The notes below the pieces were generated by a model. The model was not told the origin of the DNA. It did no database searches and worked only from the letters and a program-made list of their open reading frames with translations. The position numbers were made by a program, and so were the translations under genes. This document shows positions 22,548-33,360 of a DNA stretch of 64,000 bases, one piece after another. The stretch is from Vulcanimicrobiota bacterium (GTDB lineage Bacteria; Vulcanimicrobiota; Vulcanimicrobiia; Vulcanimicrobiales; Vulcanimicrobiaceae): positions 288,001-352,000 of the forward strand of contig CAVZQC010000004.1 of the NCBI GenBank assembly GCA_963777315.1, in the 5' to 3' direction. Numbering within the stretch: the first letter of the stretch is position 1; every line of letters begins with the position of its first letter.

Positions 22548-23081
22548 TCAATACTCCGTCGAAGTGCCCGACATGCGAGCTTTTTCCACCATTTCTTTCA
22601 TCCGCGGATGGTCGCCTGGTATCGTCGTCACCCACCGCTCGAACCGCGGCACGGGTTCGTTGACGAGGAACAGCAGATACCACACGTTCATCTCGCCCAT
22701 GAATTTGAAATTGCGCCGAATGTCCTTACTGAGCGAGGCGTAGTCGGGAAAGGATCGCAGATAGTTGGCAAAACCGCAGTGGCGGCCATCCAGGGCGAGC
22801 AACGTGCGCGCATTGTCGATCGTGGCGCGAATCTTGCGCGCACTATGCAGCACGTGGTCCGCATGCATCAGGCGATCGACGTCCCCCTCGGTGTATCGGG
22901 CCACCATCTGCACGGCGAAACCGTCGAACGCATCGCGGTATGCGGACCAGCGCTGCGCGATTGCGGCCCAACTCAGTCCCGCTTGGAACACGGCGCGAGT
23001 GATGACTTCCAAGTAATCCGAAAGATTCGGGTTCTCTACTCGATCCGGGATTACGCCGACCGGACCTCGGACCGCCGCCAT
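22548..23081 (-). CDS. DNA-3-methyladenine glycosylase I-like protein
   Basis: LEVITRAVFQAGLSW...AFDGF, KIRATIDNA, FKFMG. Confidence 0.8.
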   Translation of the reverse strand: MAAVRGPVGVIPDRVENPNLSDYLEVITRAVFQAGLSWAAIAQRWSAYRDAFDGFAVQMVARYTEGDVDRLMHADHVLHSARKIRATIDNARTLLALDGRHCGFANYLRSFPDYASLSKDIRRNFKFMGEMNVWYLLFLVNEPVPRFERWVTTIPGDHPRMKEMVEKARMSGTSTEY

Positions 23082-24262
23082 TACGGCGCGTTCCGTGGAG
23101 CGTCGAATGCAAGCGCGGCCATCATGGCGATGCCCGCCGGCAACGCGGATTCGTCGATGTCGAACGTGCTCGAATGGTGCGGAGCGGACGTGCCGGAATC
23201 TCCGCGCGCTCCCAATGTATAAAAGCACGCGGGAACGCGCTGGGCAAAAAACGAGAAGTCCTCCGCGCCGGTGAGTTTGTCGGCGGTGACGACCCGCTCT
23301 GCGCCGACGACGCGCTCGGCCAACGCCCGCGCATAACGCGTCTGCTCGACGTCGTTTGACGTGACGGGGTACCGGCGAAGGTACGTGAAGTCGTACGCCG
23401 CGCCCATTGCCTCGCAGCACGAACGCAGGACTCGTTCGATGCGTTCGGGCATCGCGTTGCGCACTTCGTCCGAAAATGCCCGCACCGTTCCGAGCATCCG
23501 CACCGTACGTGGAATGACGTTGTGAATGGTACCGCCGTGAATGGAACCGATCGTTACGACGGCCGGTTCGAGCGGATCGACGTGTCGCGAGACCACTTGC
23601 TGCACGGACGTGATGAAATTGGCGGCGGTGTAAATTGGATCGACTGCGTCGTGCGGGGCCGAGCCGTGTCCGCCCTTGCCCAGCACGTCGATCTCCACCG
23701 AGTCGCTGGACGCGTAGAACGGACCCTCACGAAAGCCGAGCAGCCCTGCAGCGAGCTTGACGTTCAAGTGCAGACCGTACGCGCGCTCTATGCCGAAGCG
23801 CTCGATGACGCCTTGTTCGACCATGACCTGCGCCCCACCGGCCCCTTCCTCCGCCGGCTGGAAAAGCAGGCACACCGAGCCGCTCAGGCGGTCCTTGCCG
23901 GCGGCGATCAGTTCGGCGGCCGCCAACAGGATGGCGACGTGCCCGTCGTGACCGCACGCGTGCATTTTGCCGGCCGTTCGCGAACGGTACTCGTGCTCGT
24001 TTTCCTCTTGGATGGGCAGTGCGTCCATGTCGGCCCGCAGCATGATCGTACGGCCGGGCGCGTTGCCCGACATGATGCCGACCACTCCGGTGTTCGCGAT
24101 GCCGGTGTGCACGTCGTAGCCCAGCGCCTGCAGGCGCTGCGCCACGATCGCCGAGGTTCGATGCTCTTCGAACCCCAGCTCGGGATGCATGTGAAAGTCT
24201 CGCCGCAGCGCTACGGCGGTACGGGCAAGCTCCTCGGGGACCTCTACGGCTGTCGTCAACAT
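23081..24262 (-). CDS. M20D amidohydrolase
   Basis: RRDFHMHPELGFEE, LRADMDALP, MHACGHDGH, FQPAEEG, GAEDFS. Confidence 0.93.
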   Translation of the reverse strand: MLTTAVEVPEELARTAVALRRDFHMHPELGFEEHRTSAIVAQRLQALGYDVHTGIANTGVVGIMSGNAPGRTIMLRADMDALPIQEENEHEYRSRTAGKMHACGHDGHVAILLAAAELIAAGKDRLSGSVCLLFQPAEEGAGGAQVMVEQGVIERFGIERAYGLHLNVKLAAGLLGFREGPFYASSDSVEIDVLGKGGHGSAPHDAVDPIYTAANFITSVQQVVSRHVDPLEPAVVTIGSIHGGTIHNVIPRTVRMLGTVRAFSDEVRNAMPERIERVLRSCCEAMGAAYDFTYLRRYPVTSNDVEQTRYARALAERVVGAERVVTADKLTGAEDFSFFAQRVPACFYTLGARGDSGTSAPHHSSTFDIDESALPAGIAMMAALAFDAPRNAP

Positions 24263-24486
24263 AGTCCAATCGCGGCGCAGAAAAAGCGTTCCGGCTAAAA
24301 GGGACTTTTGTCGCAGACGTTGCATACCCTGGCACACGCTTGGGGACCGCTATTGCAGAACATGACCTTGAATCGGAATCCCGCTTGTCGTGCTGGCGGT
24401 GTTGGTCGATCCGGCGGTTCCGGCCGCCCTCGCAGCCGTAGTGAGCACTTTGCGATCGGCCGTCTTCGGACGGGCTTTCAGCGTAA

Positions 24487-24515
24487 TTGCAAACACCATA
24501 ACCGCGTGGTAGGAT
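24487..24515 (+). promoter_or_regulatory. Sigma70-type promoter for the zinc-ribbon gene
   Basis: TTGCAA-17 nt-TAGGAT with extended TG. Confidence 0.6.
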
Positions 24516-24618
24516 GGCCGGGTAAATCTGGTTTCGAAGTCCGCAAAGTCCGTTTTTATAAGGCACTAGGCGAGTCGAATCAGGCCCAAAACAACCACGT
24601 AACAAGGAGTCTCGTTTA

Positions 24619-24936
24619 GTGTACGTTGATGAAATGTTGAATTGCGTGGACTGCGGACGGCAGTTCGCGTTCACTGCGGGCGAGCAGCAGTTCTACGCCA
24701 GCAAGGGTTTCCAAAACAAACCCAACCGGTGTCCGGATTGCCGTCAGGCGCGCAAGCAAATGCGCTCGACGTCGGGCGGCAGCGCAGGCATGGGCGGCGG
24801 CGGGGGACAGCGCCGGGAAATGTACCAAGCGACGTGCAGCCAGTGCGGCGGCGTTGCGGAAGTGCCGTTCCAGCCGCGCGGCGACAAGCCGGTCTACTGC
24901 CGCGACTGTTTCCAGTCTCGTCCGAGCTACCGTTAG
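24619..24936 (+). CDS. Zinc-ribbon protein (zf-trcl-like plus CxxC-x17-CxxC domain)
   Basis: CVDCGRQFAFTAGEQQFY...PNRCPDCR and CSQCG...VPFQPRGDKPVYCRDCF; AAGGAG RBS. Confidence 0.92.
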   Translation: MYVDEMLNCVDCGRQFAFTAGEQQFYASKGFQNKPNRCPDCRQARKQMRSTSGGSAGMGGGGGQRREMYQATCSQCGGVAEVPFQPRGDKPVYCRDCFQSRPSYR

Positions 24937-24960
24937 GGGCGGTTCGTTCGAATCGTTCGC

Positions 24961-24990
24961 AAGGGTCCGCCGAGTACGCGGGCCCTTTTT
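24961..24990. terminator. Intrinsic terminator between convergent genes
   Basis: AAGGGTCCGC/GCGGGCCCTT stem plus TTT. Confidence 0.75.
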
Positions 24991-24998
24991 CATGTGCG

Positions 24999-26447
24999 CT
25001 ACGCCATTGCCTCGATGGTGCGCAGCCTGCGGGGAAACACCAGGGCTACGCAGGCGCATACCGCCGCGTTGAGCGCGAGCGCTATGAAACCCGAGTTGAT
25101 GCCCCATGGGCCGGACGTGGAATGCAGCGCGTATGCCGCTACGATTTCGCCCGCAACCAGCCCGCTTCCGACCGCCCACGCGCCGACTCGTTTCCACACG
25201 AGCGCAAAAATGACGCCGGGGAACAGCTGCGTTACGCCGTTGTAGTAAAACAGCAGCAGATCGACCAGCGAGGTCTTTGCGAAGATCCAAAGCACGAGCG
25301 CCAAAACGGCCACGGCCAGCACCAGCACGCGCGTCCACAGCAGCCGCGACCGGTCCGTCTTGGCAACCCCGAACGCGTCGGTCAAGACGTTCTTGGAAAA
25401 GATGCTCGCGGCTCCGAGCAGCAATACCGAAGCGGGCAGCAGCGCAGCCAGGCATCCCGTACCGGCGATCAATCCTAGTACCCAAGCCGGATAGTACCGC
25501 TGCAGCAGCAGTATGAAGGACTGATCGGCAGCCGGTCCTTTGAGGCCCGGAACGACGGAAAGCGCGGTGAAACCGGCCAGCAGCACAAAGACGAGCACCA
25601 CCTGGTAGAACGGCATGAAGATCATGTTCCGCCGCACGGTGTCGCCGGAATGCGCGGAATAGATCGACTGCGCGCTGGCAGGACCCATAAAGAACCCGAT
25701 CGACGTGAGCAGCACGGTGGAAACGTACCACACTTCTCCGTAGTTTGCCGTTGACGGCGCGAGCGTCATCCAGTGCGGATGCAACTGCAGAACGCGGTCC
25801 AGCATCGCGCCGGTCGATCCGAAAAAGTGAATGGGCAGAACGATGCCGGCGAACAACACGGCAAGCAGGACCATCGTGTCCTTGAGCACGCTCGCCCAAG
25901 CCGCGCCGCGCAGGCCGGCCGTGAAGACGAACAGCGCGATCAGAATGAATGCTGCGCTTACGGCCGCGAGCGCATCGTAGCGGCCGTAGCCTGCAAGCGT
26001 GAGCAGAATCTGCAGTCCCGTCAGTTGAAGCGTGACGTAGGGAACGGTCAGAAAAAACTGCAGGACGCCGACGAGGACCGCAAGCGCGCGGCTTGCGTAG
26101 CGATCGTGGAAAAAGTCGCCCCACGTCAGGAAGTTGCGTTCTTTGCCGATTCGCCATACCTGCGGCAGGTAAAAGTATCCGATCGTGTACGCGACCGATC
26201 CGTACGCCAAGATGTAAAACGCCGGCGCGCCTTTACCGTAAGCCCAACCCGCGGCCCCCAAAAACGTGAAACTGGTGTAGATTTCGCCCGCCAGCAAAAT
26301 CCACAGCAGCAAGGCGCCGAACGAGCGGCCGCCCACGATGTATTCCTGCGGATTCATCTTAAAGCGCCGAACGCTCAGCAGAGCAAAAGCGATCGTTCCA
26401 GACACGATGACCGCAACGATCGGCAGGGCTACCGCTTCGGGTTTCAG
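24999..26447 (-). CDS. Sodium:solute symporter (MctP/YhjB-like); probable CTG start
   Basis: GGRSFG...LLAGEIYTSFTFLGAAGWAY, PYVTLQLTG; many TM segments. Confidence 0.9.
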   Translation of the reverse strand: MKPEAVALPIVAVIVSGTIAFALLSVRRFKMNPQEYIVGGRSFGALLLWILLAGEIYTSFTFLGAAGWAYGKGAPAFYILAYGSVAYTIGYFYLPQVWRIGKERNFLTWGDFFHDRYASRALAVLVGVLQFFLTVPYVTLQLTGLQILLTLAGYGRYDALAAVSAAFILIALFVFTAGLRGAAWASVLKDTMVLLAVLFAGIVLPIHFFGSTGAMLDRVLQLHPHWMTLAPSTANYGEVWYVSTVLLTSIGFFMGPASAQSIYSAHSGDTVRRNMIFMPFYQVVLVFVLLAGFTALSVVPGLKGPAADQSFILLLQRYYPAWVLGLIAGTGCLAALLPASVLLLGAASIFSKNVLTDAFGVAKTDRSRLLWTRVLVLAVAVLALVLWIFAKTSLVDLLLFYYNGVTQLFPGVIFALVWKRVGAWAVGSGLVAGEIVAAYALHSTSGPWGINSGFIALALNAAVCACVALVFPRRLRTIEAMA

Positions 26448-26638
26448 GCGCTGCGCCTCAGGCGATCGACTCCGTACAGGAACACCGGCGTAACCACCAC
26501 CCACGCGACGATCCACGCCATCAAAAATGGAAAGCCCAAGATCCGGGGCTGCGTGTGATTTGCAAGCGGCACGGCAAACGTCAGCATGACGACCGGAACG
26601 GCGGCAAGGACTGCCCGTAAAACGCCACGCGGCTTCAT
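26444..26638 (-). CDS. DUF3311-type small symporter accessory membrane protein
   Basis: PLANHTQPRILGFPFLMAWIVAW, directly upstream of the SSS gene. Confidence 0.85.
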   Translation of the reverse strand: MKPRGVLRAVLAAVPVVMLTFAVPLANHTQPRILGFPFLMAWIVAWVVVTPVFLYGVDRLRRSA

Positions 26639-26646
26639 GGGCGGCG

Positions 26647-29600
26647 CTAGATATGGATCTTCAAACTGAAGTACACCGAGAACGGGTTGAGCATGGAACT
26701 GGTAAGGTCGTTATACGTTCCAAAACCGGGTTCGTAGGGATATTTGAGCATCGTTTGGACGTTGTCGCCCGGGTTGTAGACGTTGCCGACGGGCGAGAGG
26801 ATGCCGCCCGCCACCGAACTGTACGAGCAGACGTTGGAGCTCCAGTAGTACGTGAACGGCGTCTGCTGTCCGCCGAAGCACCGGCTCACGAGATTTGCGA
26901 GCGTGATGACGCCGGTAACTTTGGGCGAGAAGTCGTACGACAGACGCAGATGCATCAGGAACTGCGACGGCTGGCGGAATGCGCCCAAACCGTCGAATTG
27001 TCCGGTGTACGAATCCGGAATCGCGTTGAGCGTTCCGGCGCACGTCGTTGCATCGTACGGCGAGCCGCCGGCGGCACCGTACGGATAGCGCGGATCGCCG
27101 CTGGTGCTGCCGCCGGCAGCCGAGCACCCCAACGCCGGGTCGATGCCGGGCATGGTTTCCGGCGCTCCGTACCGATTGCCCGCGACGAATTGGAACGACG
27201 GCGTTATCGCCAATTTCTTGTGTTTGTACTGCAAGATCAGCGATGCAACGTACGGATAGGTGTATGCGTTTACCCCCGTACCGATGCCGCCGGGAATGGT
27301 CGAGTACGGGAGATATTCGGCGTTGGGATCGAAGAGCGATTGAACCGGTGCGTTCCAGTACGGGTTGGCGATGTCGCCGCCGGCGCAGGCTCGGGTCGGG
27401 CGTTCCGCTTGAAGCGTAGCAGGCTGCCGCCGGTGTGCCGTTGGTGGTGCTGCCGCAGCGGCTGTCCGAGTGGTGTGAGGCGCAGTACGACGTGTACGCG
27501 TTGTAGGTCTGAATGTCGGCATTGATGGGACTGAGCACGGTCGTGCCGTTGGGCAAACCGCTGAACTTGAGTTTGGCGTAGGTATAGGCAAAACCCAGCT
27601 GGGCCGCAAAACCGTCGCGGGCGAAATCGCCTTTGGTGAAGGCAAACTCGACGCCCGACGACGTTTGGTTGCCCGCGTTCAGCCCCGAAATGAACCCCTG
27701 TTTGATGTCGAGGTAGAAGTTTTCGATCTGATCGTGCGTTTGGCGCAAAAACGGAGTGACTTTGATTGCCATGTCGGTTCCGTTGAACTGATGTTCGTAC
27801 GAAAAATCGTAGTTGTAGGAAACCGCCGGGCGAACTGCATGCCCGGGCGTATTGAATCCTAGGGAGTAGAACGGAACCAGCGCGTCGGGCAGATTCTGCT
27901 GCAGCGCATCGTACTGCTCGTAAGCTGCGGACGGCTGCTCGTTGTACTTGCCGAAGCTGGCGCGCAGGACCGTCGCAGGACTGAGCGTCCAGGTCGCGCC
28001 GATGCGCGGCTGCAGGATGTTGTAGGTGAAGGTTTGGTTCGGTACGTTTTGCAGGTTGGCCGCAACGTACTGCGAGCCTGCGGTCGAGCACGCTGCGCCG
28101 ATGGGAATAGAGGAGCCGTCCGCAAGCAGGGTCTTGTCGTACAGCGTGAGATTTTGCGTGTCGTAGCACGTGTCGTTGTTGAACGCGTTGAACCAGAAGG
28201 CGCGCGCCGGCGTTGCGGTCGTGTTGTCGCCCACGTACTGATAGCGGTCCAGCCGCAGGCCCAAGTTGAACAGCAGATGGTCGTTCGGGCGCCATTCGTC
28301 GGTTAGCGAATAGCCGAAGAAATTGGGCGTGACCGTATTGTATTTGCCGTACGCGCCGTTTTCCACCGCGTACAGCGCGCAAGGACCGCCGCCGCACGTT
28401 TGGGTCGAGAGCACCGCAGAGTTAATCGCATTGCCGTTCGTATCGGTCAGCACGGAAGGGCTGCTGTAGAACGTATTCGCAAGCGAAGCGAAGGACGCCG
28501 GCGTTCCCACCGGGATGACGCTTCCGCTGCCGCAGCTCGTCGGTGTGGCGGGTCCGGCCGTGCCGGTGAGCGCGTAGCACACTCCGTGGGTAATGTCGTT
28601 CGGGTTGACGACGACGGCAAAAGCATCGGCGGGGTCGTACATCTGCGCGTTGTTGACGCGCTCGGAAGTCGCCGTCGTGTACGATGCCTCCGCCTGGAGC
28701 AGATGATTGCCGCCGAGCTGCTTGGCGAAAGTCGCGCTTACGCCGCGCGTATGTGAAGCGACCTCATAATCGTTCGAGTCGAACCCGGTGTATGGCTGCC
28801 ACGATGAGACCGCGCCGGTCGAGACGTAATCCGAGTAATACGTATAACCGTACACGCGCAAAAAGGCGCTGGTGGAAAAATTTTTCTGATACTGCAGCTT
28901 GACGATGTCTTGGTCGTTGAACTGCTGGTCGCGAGTAGTCAGGGGCAGCGGCGCAAAGAGCGCGCGATTGGCCGGCGACGAGGGAAAGAGGTAGGGCACC
29001 ACGCTGCCGGCCGAGGCATCCGTCAGGAACTGCCCGGGCTTGCCTGCGAACTGGTAGCTGTCCGTGTAGTAGGGAAGAGTCGTTCCAAACGGCAGCGTTA
29101 TGCCGGGCAGAAGATTGCCTGAGGCATCGTTGTTGTACGTGGTTCCTTGAAAGTTGAGCAAGCCTTCATCCAATGGCGAAACGAACAGCGGCGTAGTGAT
29201 CGAATCGACGTCGTAGAGCAGCTGAACGTCGTCGTGAAGGCCGCTACTCTTGTGCGGTATGCCGAAGTGCAGGTTGACCACCGTGGTGCGGCCGATCACG
29301 CTCGCGGGCGGCAACGATCCGAACGGCATGGGGCCAAGAATGTAACCCGGCGCGCCGGCCGCGCTCACGTTGGGCATGCCGTTGGTCAGACACGACGGCG
29401 GCGGCTGCGGTCCCAAGTTGGCCGGCAGCTGGCATTGATCCAACACCGGCCCGAACTCGTCGGCGAGCGAAGCGCCGTTGAACTGATCGATGTAGCGATA
29501 GTCCTGATTGTAGCCGCCGATTCCGACGTAGTAATTGAACGAGCGATCCGGCGACGATCCGCCGGCCTCGACGTCGGCTTGGTGGTAGAACGTCGGCGCT

Positions 29601-30394
29601 CCGGCCGACAAGCTTACGTTCGCGTAACCGGGATACGTTCCGGATTTGATTACCTGATTGACGAAACCGGCCAGGCCTTGCGCCTCGGCGTTCGCGGGCG
29701 TCGCGCCCGTGTACACCTGCAGCTCGAGCTGGCCCAACGAAGAAGCGCCCCCGCCGGGGTAATTGTCAAAGCCCCGGTTGATCGGGATGCCGTCGAACTC
29801 ATAACCGACTTCGCTCGAATCCCCGCCGCGCACGTGCACGGCTTGATTGTAACCTTGCTGATTCGAGGGGACGTATGCGCCGGGCGCTGCTGCGATTGCG
29901 GAATAGGCGCTGTTCAAATTGCCGCCGCCTCCCAGCGCGCTGGTGCGCTCCTGTTGGGCCGCATTGACGGAATACACGTCGGCCGTAGTTCCCGGGCGCA
30001 CCAGACTCGCCGCGCTGCGGGACGTTACGTTGGCGATCGTCTTGAGCGTTCTGTGCATGGAAATCGTCACGACTTGCGATGCGTCGGCGAACACGGCGAT
30101 GTTGGACACCGAAGCGGTGTCGTAACCGGTCTGCTGCGCACTCACGGTGTACTCGTCCGGAATCAACGAAACGAACGTGTAGCGGCCGCTCGCGTCGGTG
30201 GTCGCGCCCGCGCTCTGCGAAGGGCTGATAGCAGTGACCTTTGCACCGGCGATAGGCGTTCCGCTCGCCGCGTCAAGGACGGTCCCGTTGATGCGCCCGG
30301 TCGTGCCGGCAATAACGGGCCGGCAGGGTGCAAGAACGAGGCAAACGATTGCGGCAAGCGATGCGATCGCGCGGAATACGTTTCGCAGATTCAT
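26647..30394 (-). CDS. TonB-dependent receptor with N-terminal carboxypeptidase-regulatory-like domain; +1 frameshift at ~27391
   Basis: Signal peptide, GTTGRINGTV, VRGGDSSEVGYEFDGIPIN, NLGLRLDRY, QPRIGATW. Halves join as SGTPDP|ACAGGDIANPYWN; ends FSVYFSLKIHI. Confidence 0.88.
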
Positions 30395-33354
30395 CGGTGT
30401 GTCTCCCTGGCGTGAGCGGTGACGGTCATCAGCCGGTCGTAGGCGTTCATGGCATTGCGATATTCGATGCGCACGGCGGCGGCTTCGCGCAGGTGCGGCG
30501 CGAGCGGCGGCCCCTGCGAGAGGGCGACGTCGCCTTGCAGGATCGTGAGCCGTTCGCGAACGCGGTCCGGCATCCACTGGTCGTCCTCGGAGTTGAGCGC
30601 GCCCGAGGTGAATCCGGCATACACGCGGTCGATTTCACGCTGTTGCTGCGGGCCTGAGCGTTCGCGCAGCTCGTCCAGATGATTGAGCGCGGCATCGATG
30701 GACGACAGCTCGGCGTCGAGCTGCGAAAGAAAAGCATACCGGGCGGCATAATCGGCCGCCGACCAGTGCGCGCGCGGGTCGGGGAGCACTTGCAGCGGAC
30801 GCGTTTGCGCCTCGGCTCCGGCGCGCAGCCGGATTACGTATGTTCCGGGGACGACGGTCGGGCCGGACGACGGACCGCGATTCCATTGCCGCGCGCGTTT
30901 CCACGGCACGGGCGGCTCGCCCCCCAAGTCCCACGCAACGCGGTTGATTCCGGGCGCTTGCGTTGCCGCCAGCCGCCGTACGATGTTTCCTCGCGCGTCG
31001 AGCACGTCCAAACCGACGGGATCGGAATGCCGCTGCGGCAACTCGTACGACACGATAGCGCCGTACGGCGGGTTTTTACCGCTGTATGCGCCGGCGGGCA
31101 CGCAGCATTCGTCGTCGTGCGTACCGTACGTACTGGTCCACCACATGTAATACGTGTAGGACGGCCGAGGTGCGAAAAGCGTGACGCTTTGCGCGTCGTT
31201 TCGCGGCCGTTCGATGGGCGTGAGGTCGTCCAACACCCACAGCCCTCGCCCGTGCGTTCCCGCGATCAGATCGCGGTCGCGCGGCTGAACGCGCAGATCG
31301 TGAATCGCAACCGGCGGCATGCCCAGACGCAGGCTTGCCCAGTGCAGTCCGCGATCGCGGCTGTACCAAACCCCCTGCTCCAGCCCTGCGTACAGCACGC
31401 CGGGGTCGACCGGATCCTCGCGAACGACATGGGCGTACTGATCGCGCGGTAATCCTGAATCGATTCGCCGCCAGTGTGCGCCGGCATCGTCCGTCGCAAA
31501 AATGTACGGCGTGCGATCTCCCAGCAAATGCCGGTCGACGACTGCGTAAGCGCGAGCGGCCGAAACGGCGGAAGGCTCGACGCACTCCACGCGTGCCCAT
31601 TCACCGCTGCCCGCAGGCGTCACGTTCACCCAATGCCGGCCGCCATCGGGCGTGCGCTGAATCAGTCCGTCGTCGGTTCCGGCCCAGATTACGTTCCCGT
31701 CAACGGGCGAGGGCGCGATGTCGAGCAGCGTGTCGTAGAACTCCGCACCCGAAACGTCGGTATTGATCGGGCCGCCCGCGACCTGCTGCTTGGACGGATC
31801 GTTGCGCGTGAGGTCCGGACTGATCGCCTTCCAAGTGCGTCCCCGGTCGGCGGTTTGGAAGACGACGTTTGCGCCGAAGTATGCAACGCCGGCAAGCGTG
31901 CGCGAAAACGCCAGCGGCGCCTCCCAGTTGAAGCGGTACGTGAGGCCGGCCAGCGCGCGCCCGTTGGTATCCGTCACGCTGGGCGTGATGTCGTAGTTCT
32001 GACGCGAAGCGAGATCGTAAATGCCGAGCTGCCCGTTGAGTTCGTTGATTCCGACGTTCCAAACCGCACCGGGATCATCGGGCTGCGGCCACACCCAAAC
32101 GCCGTCGGAATCGTTGGCTACGTCGCGCCAGTCGCTCTGCGTTATCCCCAGTGGGCTGAGCGAGTTCGAAGGGCCGCAGAACGAATCGTTGTCTTGAAAT
32201 GCGCCGCACACGTCGTACGGCGTGCGGTTATCGTATCCGATGTGGTACGTCTGCGCCAAAACGACGTTGAAGCGCCAGTCCCACGTCGTTCCGCCGTCGA
32301 CCGAAATCGGAGCGCCCCCATCGTCGGCTTCGATGACGCGCCGGCCGTTGGACGACATCCAAAAGTCGTGATGGTCCTGATGCACCGCCTGTGAGAGATC
32401 GGCAAACGTCTTTCCGCCGTCGCGCGTTTGTAGCAGGTTCTCCGAAGCGAAGAGCACACGGTCCGGATCGCGCGGGTCCACGACCAAACGACTCATATAG
32501 AACGGGCGCTGATCGATCAGCGTGTCGCGCGACATCAATCGCCAATGCGTTCCCGAATCGTCCGAACGCCACAATAATCCGGCGCGGCTTTGAATCAGGG
32601 CGTAGACGCGGCCGTGCGAACCCGCTGCGACGCCGATTCGGCCCAGCAGGCCGCCGGGCAATCCCGAGCCGCTCAGCCGGCGCCACGTACGTCCTGCGTC
32701 GCGCGATTGGTACAGGCCATCCTGCCGTCCGCCGCTGCTGAACGTCCACGGCAGCCGGCGGAATTGCCAAACGCCCGCGTACACGATCCGGCCGTCGTCC
32801 GGGTCTCGCGCCATGTCGGAGATGCCGCTCTGCGGACCGGCATACAGCGTGCGCTGCCAGGTGCGCCCGCCGTTCGTCGTACGATACACTCCGCGCTGCG
32901 CGCTGTCCGCAAACGGATTGCCCAGCACGCCGGCGAGCGCGCTGTTGGGATCGCGCGCATCGATGAGAATTCGCGAGACGGCGTACGACTGCGGCAGGCC
33001 CAGCCAATTCCAGTGCACGCCGCCGTCGGTGCTGCGCCAAACGCCGTCACCGTAGGAAGCGTCGTTGCGCGGTGCCGATTCGCCGGTTCCGACCCACACG
33101 ACGTTTCTGTTGCTTGGAGCGACGGCGACCGCACCGATGGCGCCAACCGAATTCGACGGCCACACGTCCGTCCAAGTCAAGCCGCCGTCGATCGTTTTGA
33201 ATACGCCTCCGCCCGCGGCGCCGAAATAGTAGAGCATTGGATCCGCGTTGGTTCCGGCGACGGCCGCAACGCGTCCGCCCGCGGCAGCCGGCCCCAGCTG
33301 CCGCCACCGCATGGCGGGAGCCAGCGAAGCGGCCAATGCGAGCAGATGCAGCAC
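30391..33354 (-). CDS. Secreted BNR/VPS10 beta-propeller protein (paralogue of 1741-4870)
   Basis: WRQLGP...GGRVAAVAG, repeated S/TxDGGxxW, YRFNWEAP, GTHGRG. Confidence 0.9.
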   Translation of the reverse strand: MLHLLALAASLAPAMRWRQLGPAAAGGRVAAVAGTNADPMLYYFGAAGGGVFKTIDGGLTWTDVWPSNSVGAIGAVAVAPSNRNVVWVGTGESAPRNDASYGDGVWRSTDGGVHWNWLGLPQSYAVSRILIDARDPNSALAGVLGNPFADSAQRGVYRTTNGGRTWQRTLYAGPQSGISDMARDPDDGRIVYAGVWQFRRLPWTFSSGGRQDGLYQSRDAGRTWRRLSGSGLPGGLLGRIGVAAGSHGRVYALIQSRAGLLWRSDDSGTHWRLMSRDTLIDQRPFYMSRLVVDPRDPDRVLFASENLLQTRDGGKTFADLSQAVHQDHHDFWMSSNGRRVIEADDGGAPISVDGGTTWDWRFNVVLAQTYHIGYDNRTPYDVCGAFQDNDSFCGPSNSLSPLGITQSDWRDVANDSDGVWVWPQPDDPGAVWNVGINELNGQLGIYDLASRQNYDITPSVTDTNGRALAGLTYRFNWEAPLAFSRTLAGVAYFGANVVFQTADRGRTWKAISPDLTRNDPSKQQVAGGPINTDVSGAEFYDTLLDIAPSPVDGNVIWAGTDDGLIQRTPDGGRHWVNVTPAGSGEWARVECVEPSAVSAARAYAVVDRHLLGDRTPYIFATDDAGAHWRRIDSGLPRDQYAHVVREDPVDPGVLYAGLEQGVWYSRDRGLHWASLRLGMPPVAIHDLRVQPRDRDLIAGTHGRGLWVLDDLTPIERPRNDAQSVTLFAPRPSYTYYMWWTSTYGTHDDECCVPAGAYSGKNPPYGAIVSYELPQRHSDPVGLDVLDARGNIVRRLAATQAPGINRVAWDLGGEPPVPWKRARQWNRGPSSGPTVVPGTYVIRLRAGAEAQTRPLQVLPDPRAHWSAADYAARYAFLSQLDAELSSIDAALNHLDELRERSGPQQQREIDRVYAGFTSGALNSEDDQWMPDRVRERLTILQGDVALSQGPPLAPHLREAAAVRIEYRNAMNAYDRLMTVTAHARETHR

Positions 33355-33360
33355 GCTGCG

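Noticed and set aside
2585..27395. Programmed frameshifting or phase variation at the +1 sites
   Set aside because: No slippery heptamers, long homopolymers or shared motif at these sites.
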